From NCBI GenBank assembly GCA_049720225.1, contig JBNASD010000002.1, forward strand, positions 1,622 to 65,621: a stretch of 64,000 nucleotides of DNA. The letters are read 5' to 3'. Position numbers and translations under genes: made by a program. Positions 28,024 through 38,251 of the stretch are shown piece after piece; position 1 is the stretch's first letter, and each line of letters begins with the position of its first letter. The notes under the pieces were generated by a model. That model made no database searches and was not told the DNA's origin. It was given only the letters and a program-made list of their open reading frames with translations. Origin of the DNA: Microgenomates group bacterium (GTDB taxonomy: Bacteria > Patescibacteriota > Microgenomatia > PFEM01 > JBNASD01).

Positions 28024-29814
28024 TTAGCGGTTTAAGTTAGTAAAGACTTCTTCTGGTTTAGTAGTTATCAAACGGTGTTCCTCTGGGGAGGAAACCGCTT
28101 TGATGGCGACGTGATTAGCACCAGCAAAAAAGAGTCCCTCGCCGACATTAGCGGAAAGAAGAAAATTTTTTTCTCCTTCGGAAAGGTAGAAAACTTCTCC
28201 TACTTTTTCAATTGAAGCGGGGGATTGTTTCATTAAAATTTGAATTGAAGAATTGGTAACAATGGCCTTTCCTAAATCAGTAGCCAAAAAGTCTTCTACA
28301 TCTTGAGTGATAGTGGTTAAACCTAACCAGTATTTTCTCGCTCTTTTGGCAATGGAATATAAAAAGTTTGCCGAATCAGGATATTTCATTAAATGCCAGG
28401 CTTCGTCAACGACTAGAATTCTTTTTTTCATATCTTTTTTAATTTTTGTCCAAATATAATCAAGGATAATAAACATGGCAATTGGCCGAAGACTTTCTTC
28501 TAATTCTTTAATGGAAAAAACCGTAAAATAGTTTTTAATATCGACATTAGAGGGTTGGTCAAAGATTCCCATAAAGCTTCCTTTAATAAATTTTTCTAAA
28601 CGAACCGCCAATGAATTTGCTTCCGGTTCCTCCATTCCGATTAACACTTTATAAAGATCCTCCATTAAAGGCGGTTCTTTCTTTTGGGTTTCTGGTTCAG
28701 GGGTAATTCCTTTCATTTTGTAAGTGGCAACCAACGCTTTATCTAAAAGCGCTTCTTGAGTAGGGGTAAGATCGCCCATAATTATTTTAAACAAAGAATG
28801 CAAAGAAAGAATTTTTAAACCTAACTCATTTTCTCCCTCCTCATAAACTTGAGAAAGATCAAAGGGATTAATTTTTGCTTGAGAATTAAAACCAAAAGAA
28901 ATATATTCTCCACCGACTGCCTGGGCTAAAGTTTTATACTCATCCTCAGGATCAATAACAATAATTTCTGTGCCAAACATCAAAGAGCGGAGAATTTCTA
29001 GTTTTACTAAATAACTTTTTCCCGATCCTGACTTTCCAAAAACAACCGAATTGGCGTTTTCTAAGGTAAATCGATCGAAAACCACCAACGAACCGTTATG
29101 TTGGTTTATTCCGTATAAAATTCCTTCATTGGCAGTTAGTTCTGAAGAGGTAAAAGGAAAAGTAGTTGCCAAAGAAGTGGTATCCATATTGCGAGTAATC
29201 ATTAATTTGTCCAAACAAGTAGGAATAGTGGTTTTAAATCCATCTTCCATTTGTAAAGTGGCGTGTTTGGAAACAATGAGTAAAGATCCAAGCATTGCCA
29301 CTACTTGTTTGGAAATCTGGTTTAACTCTTCTAAAGAGTTGGCCGGAATAGTGATATAAAGACCAAATTGAAAAAATCTTTCTGCTCCTTTTACCAATTC
29401 TTCTTGAAGTTTTCGGGCGTCTTCTAATTTAGCTAAAGTAGCAGGATCAGGAAGTCTTCCTTTTTCGGTGGTGATTTGAATTTCTGCCTCCATTTCTGTA
29501 ATTTTTCTTCTTAATTCATCCAAAACCCCTTTTGCCTCAACCGGATAAATATACATCGCTATTTCTAAACTGTGATCAAAATTAATTAATGGCCCGAGCC
29601 AATTAGGAGAAACAAAACGAGGATAACCGGCAACAAAAAGAGTCCGAAAATATTTGTTACCAATTTTAATATAATCAAAATCAACTTCAATTGCCGAGGG
29701 GGCAATAATGTCTTTTATAGAAACCAAACCTTGATTAAATTTTTCAAGGTCTTGGTTTTCTTGAGAGTGATTTTCTTCAGCCTTCTTTTTAAAAGAGAAA
29801 AAATTAATTTTCAT
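28024..29814 (-). CDS. virB4: VirB4/ConE-like T4SS ATPase
   Basis: YGIN, NANSVVFGKSGSGKS (Walker A), VIDPEDEY, INPFD, LVVDEAW (Walker B), RARKY, ITQDVEDF. Confidence 0.9.
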   Translation of the reverse strand: MKINFFSFKKKAEENHSQENQDLEKFNQGLVSIKDIIAPSAIEVDFDYIKIGNKYFRTLFVAGYPRFVSPNWLGPLINFDHSLEIAMYIYPVEAKGVLDELRRKITEMEAEIQITTEKGRLPDPATLAKLEDARKLQEELVKGAERFFQFGLYITIPANSLEELNQISKQVVAMLGSLLIVSKHATLQMEDGFKTTIPTCLDKLMITRNMDTTSLATTFPFTSSELTANEGILYGINQHNGSLVVFDRFTLENANSVVFGKSGSGKSYLVKLEILRSLMFGTEIIVIDPEDEYKTLAQAVGGEYISFGFNSQAKINPFDLSQVYEEGENELGLKILSLHSLFKIIMGDLTPTQEALLDKALVATYKMKGITPEPETQKKEPPLMEDLYKVLIGMEEPEANSLAVRLEKFIKGSFMGIFDQPSNVDIKNYFTVFSIKELEESLRPIAMFIILDYIWTKIKKDMKKRILVVDEAWHLMKYPDSANFLYSIAKRARKYWLGLTTITQDVEDFLATDLGKAIVTNSSIQILMKQSPASIEKVGEVFYLSEGEKNFLLSANVGEGLFFAGANHVAIKAVSSPEEHRLITTKPEEVFTNLNR

Positions 29815-30700
29815 TTTTATTTAAATCCGGATTTTTAACTAGATTATTAATTTTTTCTAAAACCGCATCAATTGGTTCTGGTTTTGTTGTTTTTTGAACT
29901 TGAGAATTTTGTTTTTCTTCCTGAGAAAAAATTACATTATTTTGGGGAGGAGAATTTGGGGTAACAGAAGGAGAGTTATTTTGAGATTCGGTTGGTTTTT
30001 CTAAAGAAAAATTACGCTGAGGAAGAGTGGCTTCAACCATTGGTTGAGTGTAATATTCGGTTTCTTCGACTTGTTGTCCTGGTGATTCAGGATTATAGAT
30101 TTCAAAAAAAAGCTTAATTAGCTCTTTGGTATCTAATTGTTTTCCTTTAATTCCCAATCGCCGCAAGAGACGAATAATGTGGTCTTTTTTAGGTAAAAGA
30201 TTAATTTTTGCTTTTTGAAGAATATAGTCTTTATCAAAGGGAAGCTTTTTGGAGGTAGGTTTTAAGCTTTGAGTGAGAGTTTTTATTCCGCTAATTTCTA
30301 AAGGACTCATCGGAATTACAATATAAAATTTTTTATCCAAGACATTATTTTTTTTAACTGTCTCTTCGACAAATTGAATATATTTTAAAATTTGATTTTT
30401 AATTAAAGGACGCGTTTCTTTTTCGCCGGTTTTTTTTAGGAGATTAATATAATCGCTAACATCTTTTGGTTGAGTACGGATAACAATTTGGATAGGAAAA
30501 GTTAAAGAATTAAGAAGGGCGGCATAGGCGTAAATCATTGCTTCTTGTTCTTTTTCTGATAAAAGATCGTAATTAATAGCGCTGACGCTTAAAATAACAC
30601 ACGCTCCGCCGTTTTTTAAAAGAACAATTCCCTCGCGGATATCTTCAATTTCTAGGTGGTCTTGGGTGCTGGCGCGAATGGCAATTTGGGCAGGATCCAT
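29804..30700 (-). CDS. TraC/VirB4 N-terminal-like T4SS protein
   Basis: STQDHLEIEDIREGIVLLK, INYDLLSEKEQEA, LNSLTFPIQIVIRT; lies between prgI and virB4. Confidence 0.75.
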   Translation of the reverse strand: MDPAQIAIRASTQDHLEIEDIREGIVLLKNGGACVILSVSAINYDLLSEKEQEAMIYAYAALLNSLTFPIQIVIRTQPKDVSDYINLLKKTGEKETRPLIKNQILKYIQFVEETVKKNNVLDKKFYIVIPMSPLEISGIKTLTQSLKPTSKKLPFDKDYILQKAKINLLPKKDHIIRLLRRLGIKGKQLDTKELIKLFFEIYNPESPGQQVEETEYYTQPMVEATLPQRNFSLEKPTESQNNSPSVTPNSPPQNNVIFSQEEKQNSQVQKTTKPEPIDAVLEKINNLVKNPDLNKNEN

Positions 30701-30701
30701 T

Positions 30702-31796
30702 TTAATTTACTTTTTTTCCTCTAATTTCCAAGGGAGGAACAATTTCTCCCTTTAATTCTATCTTGATTATATCAAACTCATATCCCTCTTTTTCGATTTG
30801 AATTTCATATATGCCATCAGGAAGGGGGGTAACAATTCTAAATTGGCCTAATTTATTAGTTTTTAAGGCTCTTACCGGCATGCCGTTTTTATCTTTTATT
30901 TCAATAAGCGCTCCTTCAATTAATTCGTCGTTTTGATCAAGCACCATCCCGGCAATAATATTAGGATAGGAAGGAGGGGTGGGAATAGGTAATTCTTTGT
31001 TTGTTTTTGGGCTAATTGGTGGTTTTTTTGGTAGTTGAGAAAGTTTGTGATAATAAGAAATTACCGTTTCGATAGGCGGTTTTCCTGGATAGCCATAATA
31101 GGAATAGAAATTTTCGCCAATTCCTCCTGGAGCTACCTCTTCAAGGTCTTTTTCTTTAAGATCGACAAATTTTGGTGATGATTTTTCCTCTTTTGGTTTT
31201 TCAAGGGTAGGCTTTTTAATTGATTGAAAAGAAGGTGGTTGTTCCTTTTTGGTCGGGGTAGAGATAGACGAATAAGATGGTTGTCTTTTTTCAAAAACAT
31301 GATTAATCTTTAAAGAAGAAACCTGGGAGAAAAGAGAAAGAATATTTTCAAGAACTTTTTTTTCTTCATTTTCTTCTTTGGGAAAAGTTTTTGTTTCCAA
31401 ACGATGAAGATATTGCGATAAAGAATTTCGATTAGGAGGTAAGTGGTGATTTTTTTCCTGAGGAAAAGATTTTATTTGGTATCGGAAAATTTCCGGAGTT
31501 TCCGGAGTTTTTTTCCATGTGTATAATGTAGGAGAAAAAACTGACTTAAAAAAAGCAAAAATCCAATTAGGAAGAGGTCTTTCTTCAATTGGTAAAAAAG
31601 CAGAAGCAAAACCAAAAAAAACCGCCCCCGCTGCTAAAAGTCCTTTAAAAAAAGGAAAAATAGGCAAACTCCAAAAGAAAAGGCCAGTTAAAGCTCCTCC
31701 AACTAACCACCCAAATTGTTTTAAAGTCATATCGCCAATAAGGCGAAATTCATAAGAAGAAATCTGTTGGGGTACTGGATGTTGTTGGATGGGCAT
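30702..31796 (-). CDS. prgI: PrgI (VirB3-like) family protein with C-terminal carboxypeptidase-regulatory-like beta-sandwich
   Basis: QHPVPQQISSYEFRLIGDMTLKQF, two TMs, ERPL; C-terminal IAGMVLD...GALIEI...TNKLGQF...GIYEIQIEKEGY. Confidence 0.85.
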   Translation of the reverse strand: MPIQQHPVPQQISSYEFRLIGDMTLKQFGWLVGGALTGLFFWSLPIFPFFKGLLAAGAVFFGFASAFLPIEERPLPNWIFAFFKSVFSPTLYTWKKTPETPEIFRYQIKSFPQEKNHHLPPNRNSLSQYLHRLETKTFPKEENEEKKVLENILSLFSQVSSLKINHVFEKRQPSYSSISTPTKKEQPPSFQSIKKPTLEKPKEEKSSPKFVDLKEKDLEEVAPGGIGENFYSYYGYPGKPPIETVISYYHKLSQLPKKPPISPKTNKELPIPTPPSYPNIIAGMVLDQNDELIEGALIEIKDKNGMPVRALKTNKLGQFRIVTPLPDGIYEIQIEKEGYEFDIIKIELKGEIVPPLEIRGKKVN

Positions 31797-31941
31797 ATTT
31801 TATTATTTTAAACTGATAACTATTCTTATTCAAGCCAATCAAAACATATCATTTAGAGTATAATTATAGACTGTAACAAGTGTAATAATAATCATAGAAT
31901 TTTTGAATTTTTTGATAGAAAATGGTAAAATTTTAATCGAA

Positions 31942-33777
31942 ATGACAGAGGGAAACCAAGAAAAAAAACCGTCTCCTTTTGATTCTTCTCCAGAAGGGAT
32001 ATTGGCAAGATTTGAAGAAAGAAAAAGATGGAGAGAAAGTGAAAAAGGAAAAGAAGTAAGAAGAAGAGCAAAAGCCGAAGGGATTATTAAGAATGAGATT
32101 GGAGGAAAAAGTAATTTGCTGGAATCAGTAGAAGAAAAACCACCAACTCAAGAATTAGAACGTCTAATAAATGACTTAGCAAATTCAATTTTTCAACTAG
32201 AACGGAGATTAGCTGCAGGACATCAGATAGATAATGAAATGTTGCAGCTTCAAAAAGAACAGTTAGAAATGTGGGTTGGAGGAGGTTATGATGCTTTTGT
32301 AAGTGCTGAGGATGCGCAAGTAGCAATAGATCCGAGATTATTTGAAACTCAACCTCCTGCTTGGTACAGGAGGTTGGATGATAGATGGCAAGAAATAATT
32401 CGGGCAAGAATAGCAATTTTAATGGGTTGTTATCCAAAGCGAGCCAGAGGACATTTAGATTTAGGAATTATGGTTGAAAATGCTGATGTGAGGATAGAGA
32501 GAGACGCTTTAGATTTTATGTGGCGAGAAATGCCTGGCTTTCGGATTGCTTTAGCAACGATGATTAATGATCTTTTTGAAATTCGAGAAGAAATACCTCC
32601 TGGCTTATCTAAAGAAAAAAACAACGCCGTTTTTTTAATGGTTTTGAAGGAGGAAGCAAGAAAAGAGGGGGGAATTTTGGATAGATTCGCTGATTATAAA
32701 AAAGAATTAATATCAAGGTTAAAACAATATTTTGAGAAAAATCCAGATTTACTAATAAAAAAAGGCGAAGGAATACCACAGTTTTCTCCAGAAAACGCTG
32801 CAAGGGGAGCAGTAGCTGTTGCTTGGAACCTGCTGTTTTTAGGAAATGCTGTTGATTCTGGAGATCAGGGGGATTTAGGTTATTTGGATAGGGTGCCTCC
32901 TGAAGTAAGTGGGGAAGAATTGAAAATTAACCCTGCAAAAGGAAGAAAAGTTACCAACCCCATTGTTTATGCTGAGCAAGCAAGAGCAATGATGTTGCCT
33001 TTTGATAAAGCATGGAGTAAGTTTTATCGAGAGATGGAGAAAGTGGGAACGGAAGAAACATGGTTAGGAAGATTAGGAGACTATGTTGCAGAAAGAATGC
33101 GGCATGATCCAGAATTTAGAAGAAAATTTTTTAGAAGAGAAATAAGAATTATTCCCCAAAGACTTTTTGCTTCTTGGTTTGATTTGATTACATTTAAAGA
33201 TAAAGACGAGGCTTCTTTAGGAAGAAAATTAGTGGAAGCTCCAAAAAAAAATATAGATGAAGGCCTTTGTGATTTTTCTAATCCAGAAGAATTGGATTTT
33301 TCAAAAATATCTTCTTCAGAATTATGGGGGGGGTATGCTGATATTTGGGATTCTGCCAGAAAAATTTACGAAATGATTGGAGGCAAAAATCCTTTAAAAA
33401 TGGAGAATGTTTTTGAATGGAGACAAATTTTAGCAACTGCACTTTCAAAATTAAGAAATACCCCTTTAGCTCCGTACTATAAAGATCCCGAAATTTTAGT
33501 AAGTTGTTTGGCAGGAGCAGTTGGTTTAGTTGATTTTTCAAGCAAATATATTTTATTTCTTCCTGAAAGAATTTATGATACTTTGATAACTCTAGCTTTA
33601 GATGATGATAGATTATTTACAGGAATGCCAAAGGGAGCTAGAAAATACGTTTTTGAAAAACTAAATGCTTTTGATCATTATTCACTTATTGATTTTTTGA
33701 GAAGTGTTTTTCCTTTTAGGCGAGGTTTACTTCGAGCTAAACGGGCTCAAAAAGCAGCTCAGCTCCGAGCAGAATAG
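31942..33777 (+). CDS. Hypothetical cytoplasmic helical protein inside the T4SS locus (opposite strand)
   Basis: Long ORF with no recognised motif. The track's TTG at 31903 is really the -35 of TTGAAT-N17-TAAAAT, so ATG 31942 is the likely start. Confidence 0.8.
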   Translation: MTEGNQEKKPSPFDSSPEGILARFEERKRWRESEKGKEVRRRAKAEGIIKNEIGGKSNLLESVEEKPPTQELERLINDLANSIFQLERRLAAGHQIDNEMLQLQKEQLEMWVGGGYDAFVSAEDAQVAIDPRLFETQPPAWYRRLDDRWQEIIRARIAILMGCYPKRARGHLDLGIMVENADVRIERDALDFMWREMPGFRIALATMINDLFEIREEIPPGLSKEKNNAVFLMVLKEEARKEGGILDRFADYKKELISRLKQYFEKNPDLLIKKGEGIPQFSPENAARGAVAVAWNLLFLGNAVDSGDQGDLGYLDRVPPEVSGEELKINPAKGRKVTNPIVYAEQARAMMLPFDKAWSKFYREMEKVGTEETWLGRLGDYVAERMRHDPEFRRKFFRREIRIIPQRLFASWFDLITFKDKDEASLGRKLVEAPKKNIDEGLCDFSNPEELDFSKISSSELWGGYADIWDSARKIYEMIGGKNPLKMENVFEWRQILATALSKLRNTPLAPYYKDPEILVSCLAGAVGLVDFSSKYILFLPERIYDTLITLALDDDRLFTGMPKGARKYVFEKLNAFDHYSLIDFLRSVFPFRRGLLRAKRAQKAAQLRAE

Positions 33778-35280
33778 TTATTTAATAATTCCCAGCGTTC
33801 TTAATGTATTAGCTATTGCATTTCCGATAGCTACTGGTCGAGGAGCAGTTCCGGGAGGATAGGCTTGATATCTTTCTGATATTTGTTGTCCTGTATATTG
33901 AAGTCCGAACCTGCCTGATAACTTAATTGGTCCTAGTGCTTCTCCAATTGCCGTTCCGTATGGGAAAGGTTTAACTTGGAAAGCGTCTCTAATCATATCG
34001 GGAATCTTTGGAAGTAATAAGATTAAGCCTAATCCTAAAATTGCTACCGTTACTCTTCCGTAAAGCCCAATTAAAGGGGGCACCCATATTTGTCCAGCGT
34101 TTATAATAAGAGCGTTGCAAATTAAAAGAAACAAGGCTACTCCTGGAAAAACTGCTAAATTGGCCACTAAGTTTCTAAGCCAATTTTCAAATCCTTTTTG
34201 TCCTGGTAATATTCCCAAAGCAATTTGAAAAGGAGAAAAAATTATTAAAAAAAGAATTGTAACATAAGATTTTATTAAAGAAAGAAGAGTTTTAAAGAAG
34301 GAAATGATTATTATGATTAAAAAAATAATAAGAAAAAACAACGCTCCTGCTAAAGCACCTACACCAGCACCTCCCCCACCAGCCACTATTCCTCCTATAA
34401 TACCTCCTACCGCAGTTGAAGCAACTCCAAGAATTAAAAGAGGGACTAAAAAATTTCCAAATGTACTGGTGAAAGAATTAAATAATCCGCCGGCCCCCCC
34501 TAAAAAAGAATTTTGATAAAATGCTATTCGGTCAGTAGGAAGGAGATTATTAGAAGAAAACACATTGATAATAAAATAAATAAACCAATAAAGAAGGTCA
34601 ATCAAGAAACCAGCAATAGCGTAAGAGAAAGTTACTAAAATTAAGCCAATAACTATTTTTGGGATAGCATTTTGAATAGAAATTACTGTTTGAGGATTGA
34701 TTTTTGCTCGAAACATAATCGCAAAACCAAAAAGGATAAAAACGATAGTAAAAAATAAATAAGAAATATTACGAAAGGCTTTCCACAGTTTTAAAATTGG
34801 TATTAAACCTTGATAACCGCTTCCTTGTTGAGCAAAAACCGGTTTTGCTATTCCTAATTTTTTTCCTAAGTCAGCAAAATAATCAATTGAAGAAGCAGGT
34901 TTTACAATGTAGGTTGCCGCTATTAAATTACTTATAACTCCTAGCACTCCGCCAGGAGAATAGTTATTATAATTAAAACCTCCTCCTCCGCCTCCGCTTG
35001 GTTCATCGCTTAATTTATCTATTTCTTCTAATACTGATTTGGGGATTTCGCCTACCAATATGTTTAAAACCCATCCCATCATTGTTTCCATTACTCCATA
35101 TTCTCCAGCAATCCATTTGCTTAAAGAGATATTGGGGTTTTTTAAAGCTTCATAAAAATTTTTAAGATAACTTCCTATTTTGGGAGGAGAAGTAGGAGTT
35201 TGGGCATTTGCGATTCTAAGGTTGAATAAAAATAAAGATAAAAAAACAAGAACGATAATTAAAAAAAATTTTTTTCTCAT
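33778..35280 (-). CDS. VirB6/TrbL-like polytopic membrane protein
   Basis: LWKAFRNISY, GFAIMFR, IPKIVIGLILVTFSYAIAGFLIDL, IIFSPF...ILPG..GFENWLRNL; about 8 TMs; T4SS context. Confidence 0.75.
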   Translation of the reverse strand: MRKKFFLIIVLVFLSLFLFNLRIANAQTPTSPPKIGSYLKNFYEALKNPNISLSKWIAGEYGVMETMMGWVLNILVGEIPKSVLEEIDKLSDEPSGGGGGGFNYNNYSPGGVLGVISNLIAATYIVKPASSIDYFADLGKKLGIAKPVFAQQGSGYQGLIPILKLWKAFRNISYLFFTIVFILFGFAIMFRAKINPQTVISIQNAIPKIVIGLILVTFSYAIAGFLIDLLYWFIYFIINVFSSNNLLPTDRIAFYQNSFLGGAGGLFNSFTSTFGNFLVPLLILGVASTAVGGIIGGIVAGGGGAGVGALAGALFFLIIFLIIIIISFFKTLLSLIKSYVTILFLIIFSPFQIALGILPGQKGFENWLRNLVANLAVFPGVALFLLICNALIINAGQIWVPPLIGLYGRVTVAILGLGLILLLPKIPDMIRDAFQVKPFPYGTAIGEALGPIKLSGRFGLQYTGQQISERYQAYPPGTAPRPVAIGNAIANTLRTLGIIK

Positions 35281-35331
35281 TGTTATTTCTAATTTAAGAT
35301 ATTTTATTGTCTTTTGTCAACATTTTTAATT

Positions 35332-37872
35332 TTATCGAGTTAAAAGGTCATACCAATATTTTAAATTTCTAGGAAAATTAGGGTTAGTAGCAAAACTACA
35401 AGGGGCGGGTTTTCCTTCTGAATATTGACACATAAATTCTTCAAAACTTTGGTTAGCGTAAGGTCGGGTAAATAAACATTCCAGTTGAGAAGAGAGATTA
35501 TTTTTTTCTCCTCCTAAACAACCGAGATCATAAGCATCAACTCCTGATGCTCCTGATTCTTCAATCCATAAAGCAATTACAAAAGCAGGATTCCAACCAT
35601 TGTTAACCGCTTGGTTATACACAAAGTCCCATTGATTGCTTATCTGAGAATCTGGCCAAGAATTTCTAACCATCTCAATTACGTTTTGTTTATTTTCTTC
35701 TTTAATGGTAATTGAGGAATCTCGAAAGGGTAAAGAGTAGTCGAGAACAGAAGCAGAGGAATTCAAAGAAGAGGAATTATAAGGAAGTAACGCTTTTTGC
35801 ACCCAACCAAAAGATTTTTTAACTCCTGCCTGCCCAAAAATTTCTACCAGAATTGGTTTCTCTTTACCTGGAGAAGCTTCAATATATTGGGTTGAATTTT
35901 GAAGGGCATGGGTAAACTTAAAAGCTTCTTGGGCGTCCTCGCTGGGAACTTTGAAAATAGAAAAAACTTCATTTCGAAGATACTGATCTGATTCCCAAGT
36001 ATAAGGAGTTTGAATTTGGGGAGTAATAATGTAGGTTTTTTCGGTATGAAAGGGTAAAATTTGTTGAAGGGCTTCTTCTAACGTTAAACCCAAATCAATA
36101 AGCGACTGTAAAATTCCAGGAGTAGGATTAGAGATTCGATCTTTTAAAAAACATTCGCCAAGAACACAAATTACCTCTGGAAGTAATTTTTCTCCTTGGG
36201 GAAAATATCCTTCACACATTCGAGGGGTAGGGGTAGGCATTGGTGTTCCTCCGCAATTTATAATTTCTCCGGTAGAACCTATTAAACAGCTTGCGCATCC
36301 AGAAAGAAATGGTCGAGGATCTTCTTTACATTGGTGATTAAGGTTAGTAACATTAACACAGATATTAATACTTTCTCCCGGGTTAGCAACAACAGAAATT
36401 GGTCCCGGAAAGGGAGAATAAGTGCATTCGTAAGGAAAAGAGGTTGCTACTGGACCCCACAAGCTACTATAAACCCCCTTTCCGCCTACCGATACAGAAA
36501 GATTTCCTGAAAGGTCAAATAATCCACAATTTGCTTGGGCGTGGAATATCCAACAGACTGAGTATTTATTGCCTCCTTGACGGGATATTTGAGGAGAGAT
36601 ACTCATAGAATAATTATTAGCTTGAGCAAAAAGAGGGTTATTGTTAGTTATATTTTCTCCAAGAACATTTTTTGAATTATTAATTGCCAAAAGGCTGTTT
36701 TCCATGGAGATTATATTGGTTTTTTTAGGAAGAAGCATTTTTGCTAATTCCTCCCCAGTGTTGGCCATTTCTTTCGTCCATTCCGGAGTTTTAAATTCTA
36801 TTTCTTTTTCTACGCTAAACCAATTGTTTGTTCCTTGTTCACAAACTTCATAAGTAATTTTTCCCAAAGAAGACTTTTTTTGAACCACAGGAAAATAATT
36901 AGGGGGGGTGAGTCTTTTTAAAGTTTTTTGATGAAGATGAGAAGCGATTGTTTGATTTTTAGGAAAATCTAATTGAAGTATTTTTAGTAAAGCTTGAATT
37001 GTTTTTGCCGGTTCTTGGGGAGAACCGAACCAAGCACTGATAGTGGCAATAAAAGATTCTCCTTTGGTAATTGGCGCTGCTTTAAATGGTTCATCCGCTT
37101 GACAAGCGCCATATTTTTGAACTTTTTGAACTTTTAGTTTTTTAAGAATGAGGTTTTTAGCTATTACCGGATCAAGCTTTTGAAACCACTCTCGCCAGCG
37201 AGGATCCATAAAAGAGCCGGTATCTCTTATTGCCACTAATAATTCTCCCATTGCCTCTCCGATTCTCATTCCTTCTCCTAAAGCAGGCAAAAATTCGCTT
37301 CCCTCTGCAACTAACTGCCTATAATAATTTAATAAGTTAGAGTCTACTCGAAGGTTTTGAAGATGAATAGTATAACCATTGGCCACTGAATTTTCTGCGG
37401 TGTAATGAAGAACGATACTAGTAGGAGTGGCATAAAGAATAATTACCTCAAGATTATCTCCCAAGTCATAACCTGAAGCAGGAACTAAAACCGCTTGTCC
37501 GGGGGAGGCGGAAAATCCTACTAAAGTAGCCCAATCATATTGCAAAGGAAGATCAGGGGGACGAGGGATTGGACCGCCCACAGTATTAGTTTCCCAATTC
37601 CAGTCATTAACTTGATAAAGATTACTAATAATAGGTTGAGGAGTATTCTCTAAAAGGGTGCTTAATTGGGGAGCTTTAGGGTCAATTGGGTGTTCAAAAG
37701 GGATATATTGAAGTTGACCGGAGATTTGTTGATATCCTCTTATTTCTAAATTTAAATCAGGATGGCTTTGGGGGCAACTTATGTAATCATAGGGTGGATT
37801 ACAATCGGCCAAAACAGGAGAAGAAAGAAAAAATAACCAAACCAAAAAAAGAAAGAAAAATATTTTTTTCAT
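35332..37872 (-). CDS. Large secreted multidomain protein with C-terminal lysozyme-like motif
   Basis: Signal peptide ending PVLA-D; Cys-rich middle; AVNNGWNPAFVIALWIEES resembles a lysozyme-superfamily catalytic helix. Confidence 0.65.
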   Translation of the reverse strand: MKKIFFFLFLVWLFFLSSPVLADCNPPYDYISCPQSHPDLNLEIRGYQQISGQLQYIPFEHPIDPKAPQLSTLLENTPQPIISNLYQVNDWNWETNTVGGPIPRPPDLPLQYDWATLVGFSASPGQAVLVPASGYDLGDNLEVIILYATPTSIVLHYTAENSVANGYTIHLQNLRVDSNLLNYYRQLVAEGSEFLPALGEGMRIGEAMGELLVAIRDTGSFMDPRWREWFQKLDPVIAKNLILKKLKVQKVQKYGACQADEPFKAAPITKGESFIATISAWFGSPQEPAKTIQALLKILQLDFPKNQTIASHLHQKTLKRLTPPNYFPVVQKKSSLGKITYEVCEQGTNNWFSVEKEIEFKTPEWTKEMANTGEELAKMLLPKKTNIISMENSLLAINNSKNVLGENITNNNPLFAQANNYSMSISPQISRQGGNKYSVCWIFHAQANCGLFDLSGNLSVSVGGKGVYSSLWGPVATSFPYECTYSPFPGPISVVANPGESINICVNVTNLNHQCKEDPRPFLSGCASCLIGSTGEIINCGGTPMPTPTPRMCEGYFPQGEKLLPEVICVLGECFLKDRISNPTPGILQSLIDLGLTLEEALQQILPFHTEKTYIITPQIQTPYTWESDQYLRNEVFSIFKVPSEDAQEAFKFTHALQNSTQYIEASPGKEKPILVEIFGQAGVKKSFGWVQKALLPYNSSSLNSSASVLDYSLPFRDSSITIKEENKQNVIEMVRNSWPDSQISNQWDFVYNQAVNNGWNPAFVIALWIEESGASGVDAYDLGCLGGEKNNLSSQLECLFTRPYANQSFEEFMCQYSEGKPAPCSFATNPNFPRNLKYWYDLLTR

Positions 37873-38180
37873 TTGGGAATAGTAAAGACGGTAAGATCAA
37901 TTCCGGTAAATTCTTTAATGAAAAGCAAAATAAGCCAGCTTCCCAAAAGAATAACCATTCCCAATATGGCATAAGTGATCGTTTTTTGGGCAGATTCTTT
38001 AGTTTTTGGGTCGCCTCCAGAAGTAAGATATTTAAAACCACCAATTAAAAGCATAATAAAAAGAGCAATTCCGGCTAAACGAATAGCCAGGTTAAGGACA
38101 GATTGAAAAATACATTCTAAACACCAAATTTGCGCTATTTGATCGGGTGCGCACTTTTGCCAACACTCTTGAATTGTCAT
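37869..38180 (-). CDS. VirB2/TrbC-like T4SS pilin
   Basis: Two-TM hairpin with GGFKYLTSGGDPKTKESAQKTITYAILG. Confidence 0.85.
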   Translation of the reverse strand: MTIQECWQKCAPDQIAQIWCLECIFQSVLNLAIRLAGIALFIMLLIGGFKYLTSGGDPKTKESAQKTITYAILGMVILLGSWLILLFIKEFTGIDLTVFTIPK

Positions 38181-38192
38181 ATTTTTAATTTA

Positions 38193-38229
38193 AATCAAAA
38201 CCCCCCTTCCGTCAAGGAGGAAGAGGGGA
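38193..38229 (-). terminator. Intrinsic terminator after the probable major pilin
   Basis: Minus strand CCCCTCTTCC-loop-GGAAGGGGGG-TTTTGATTT. Confidence 0.7.
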
Positions 38230-38251
38230 AAATAATTAATTTTTTAAAAAA

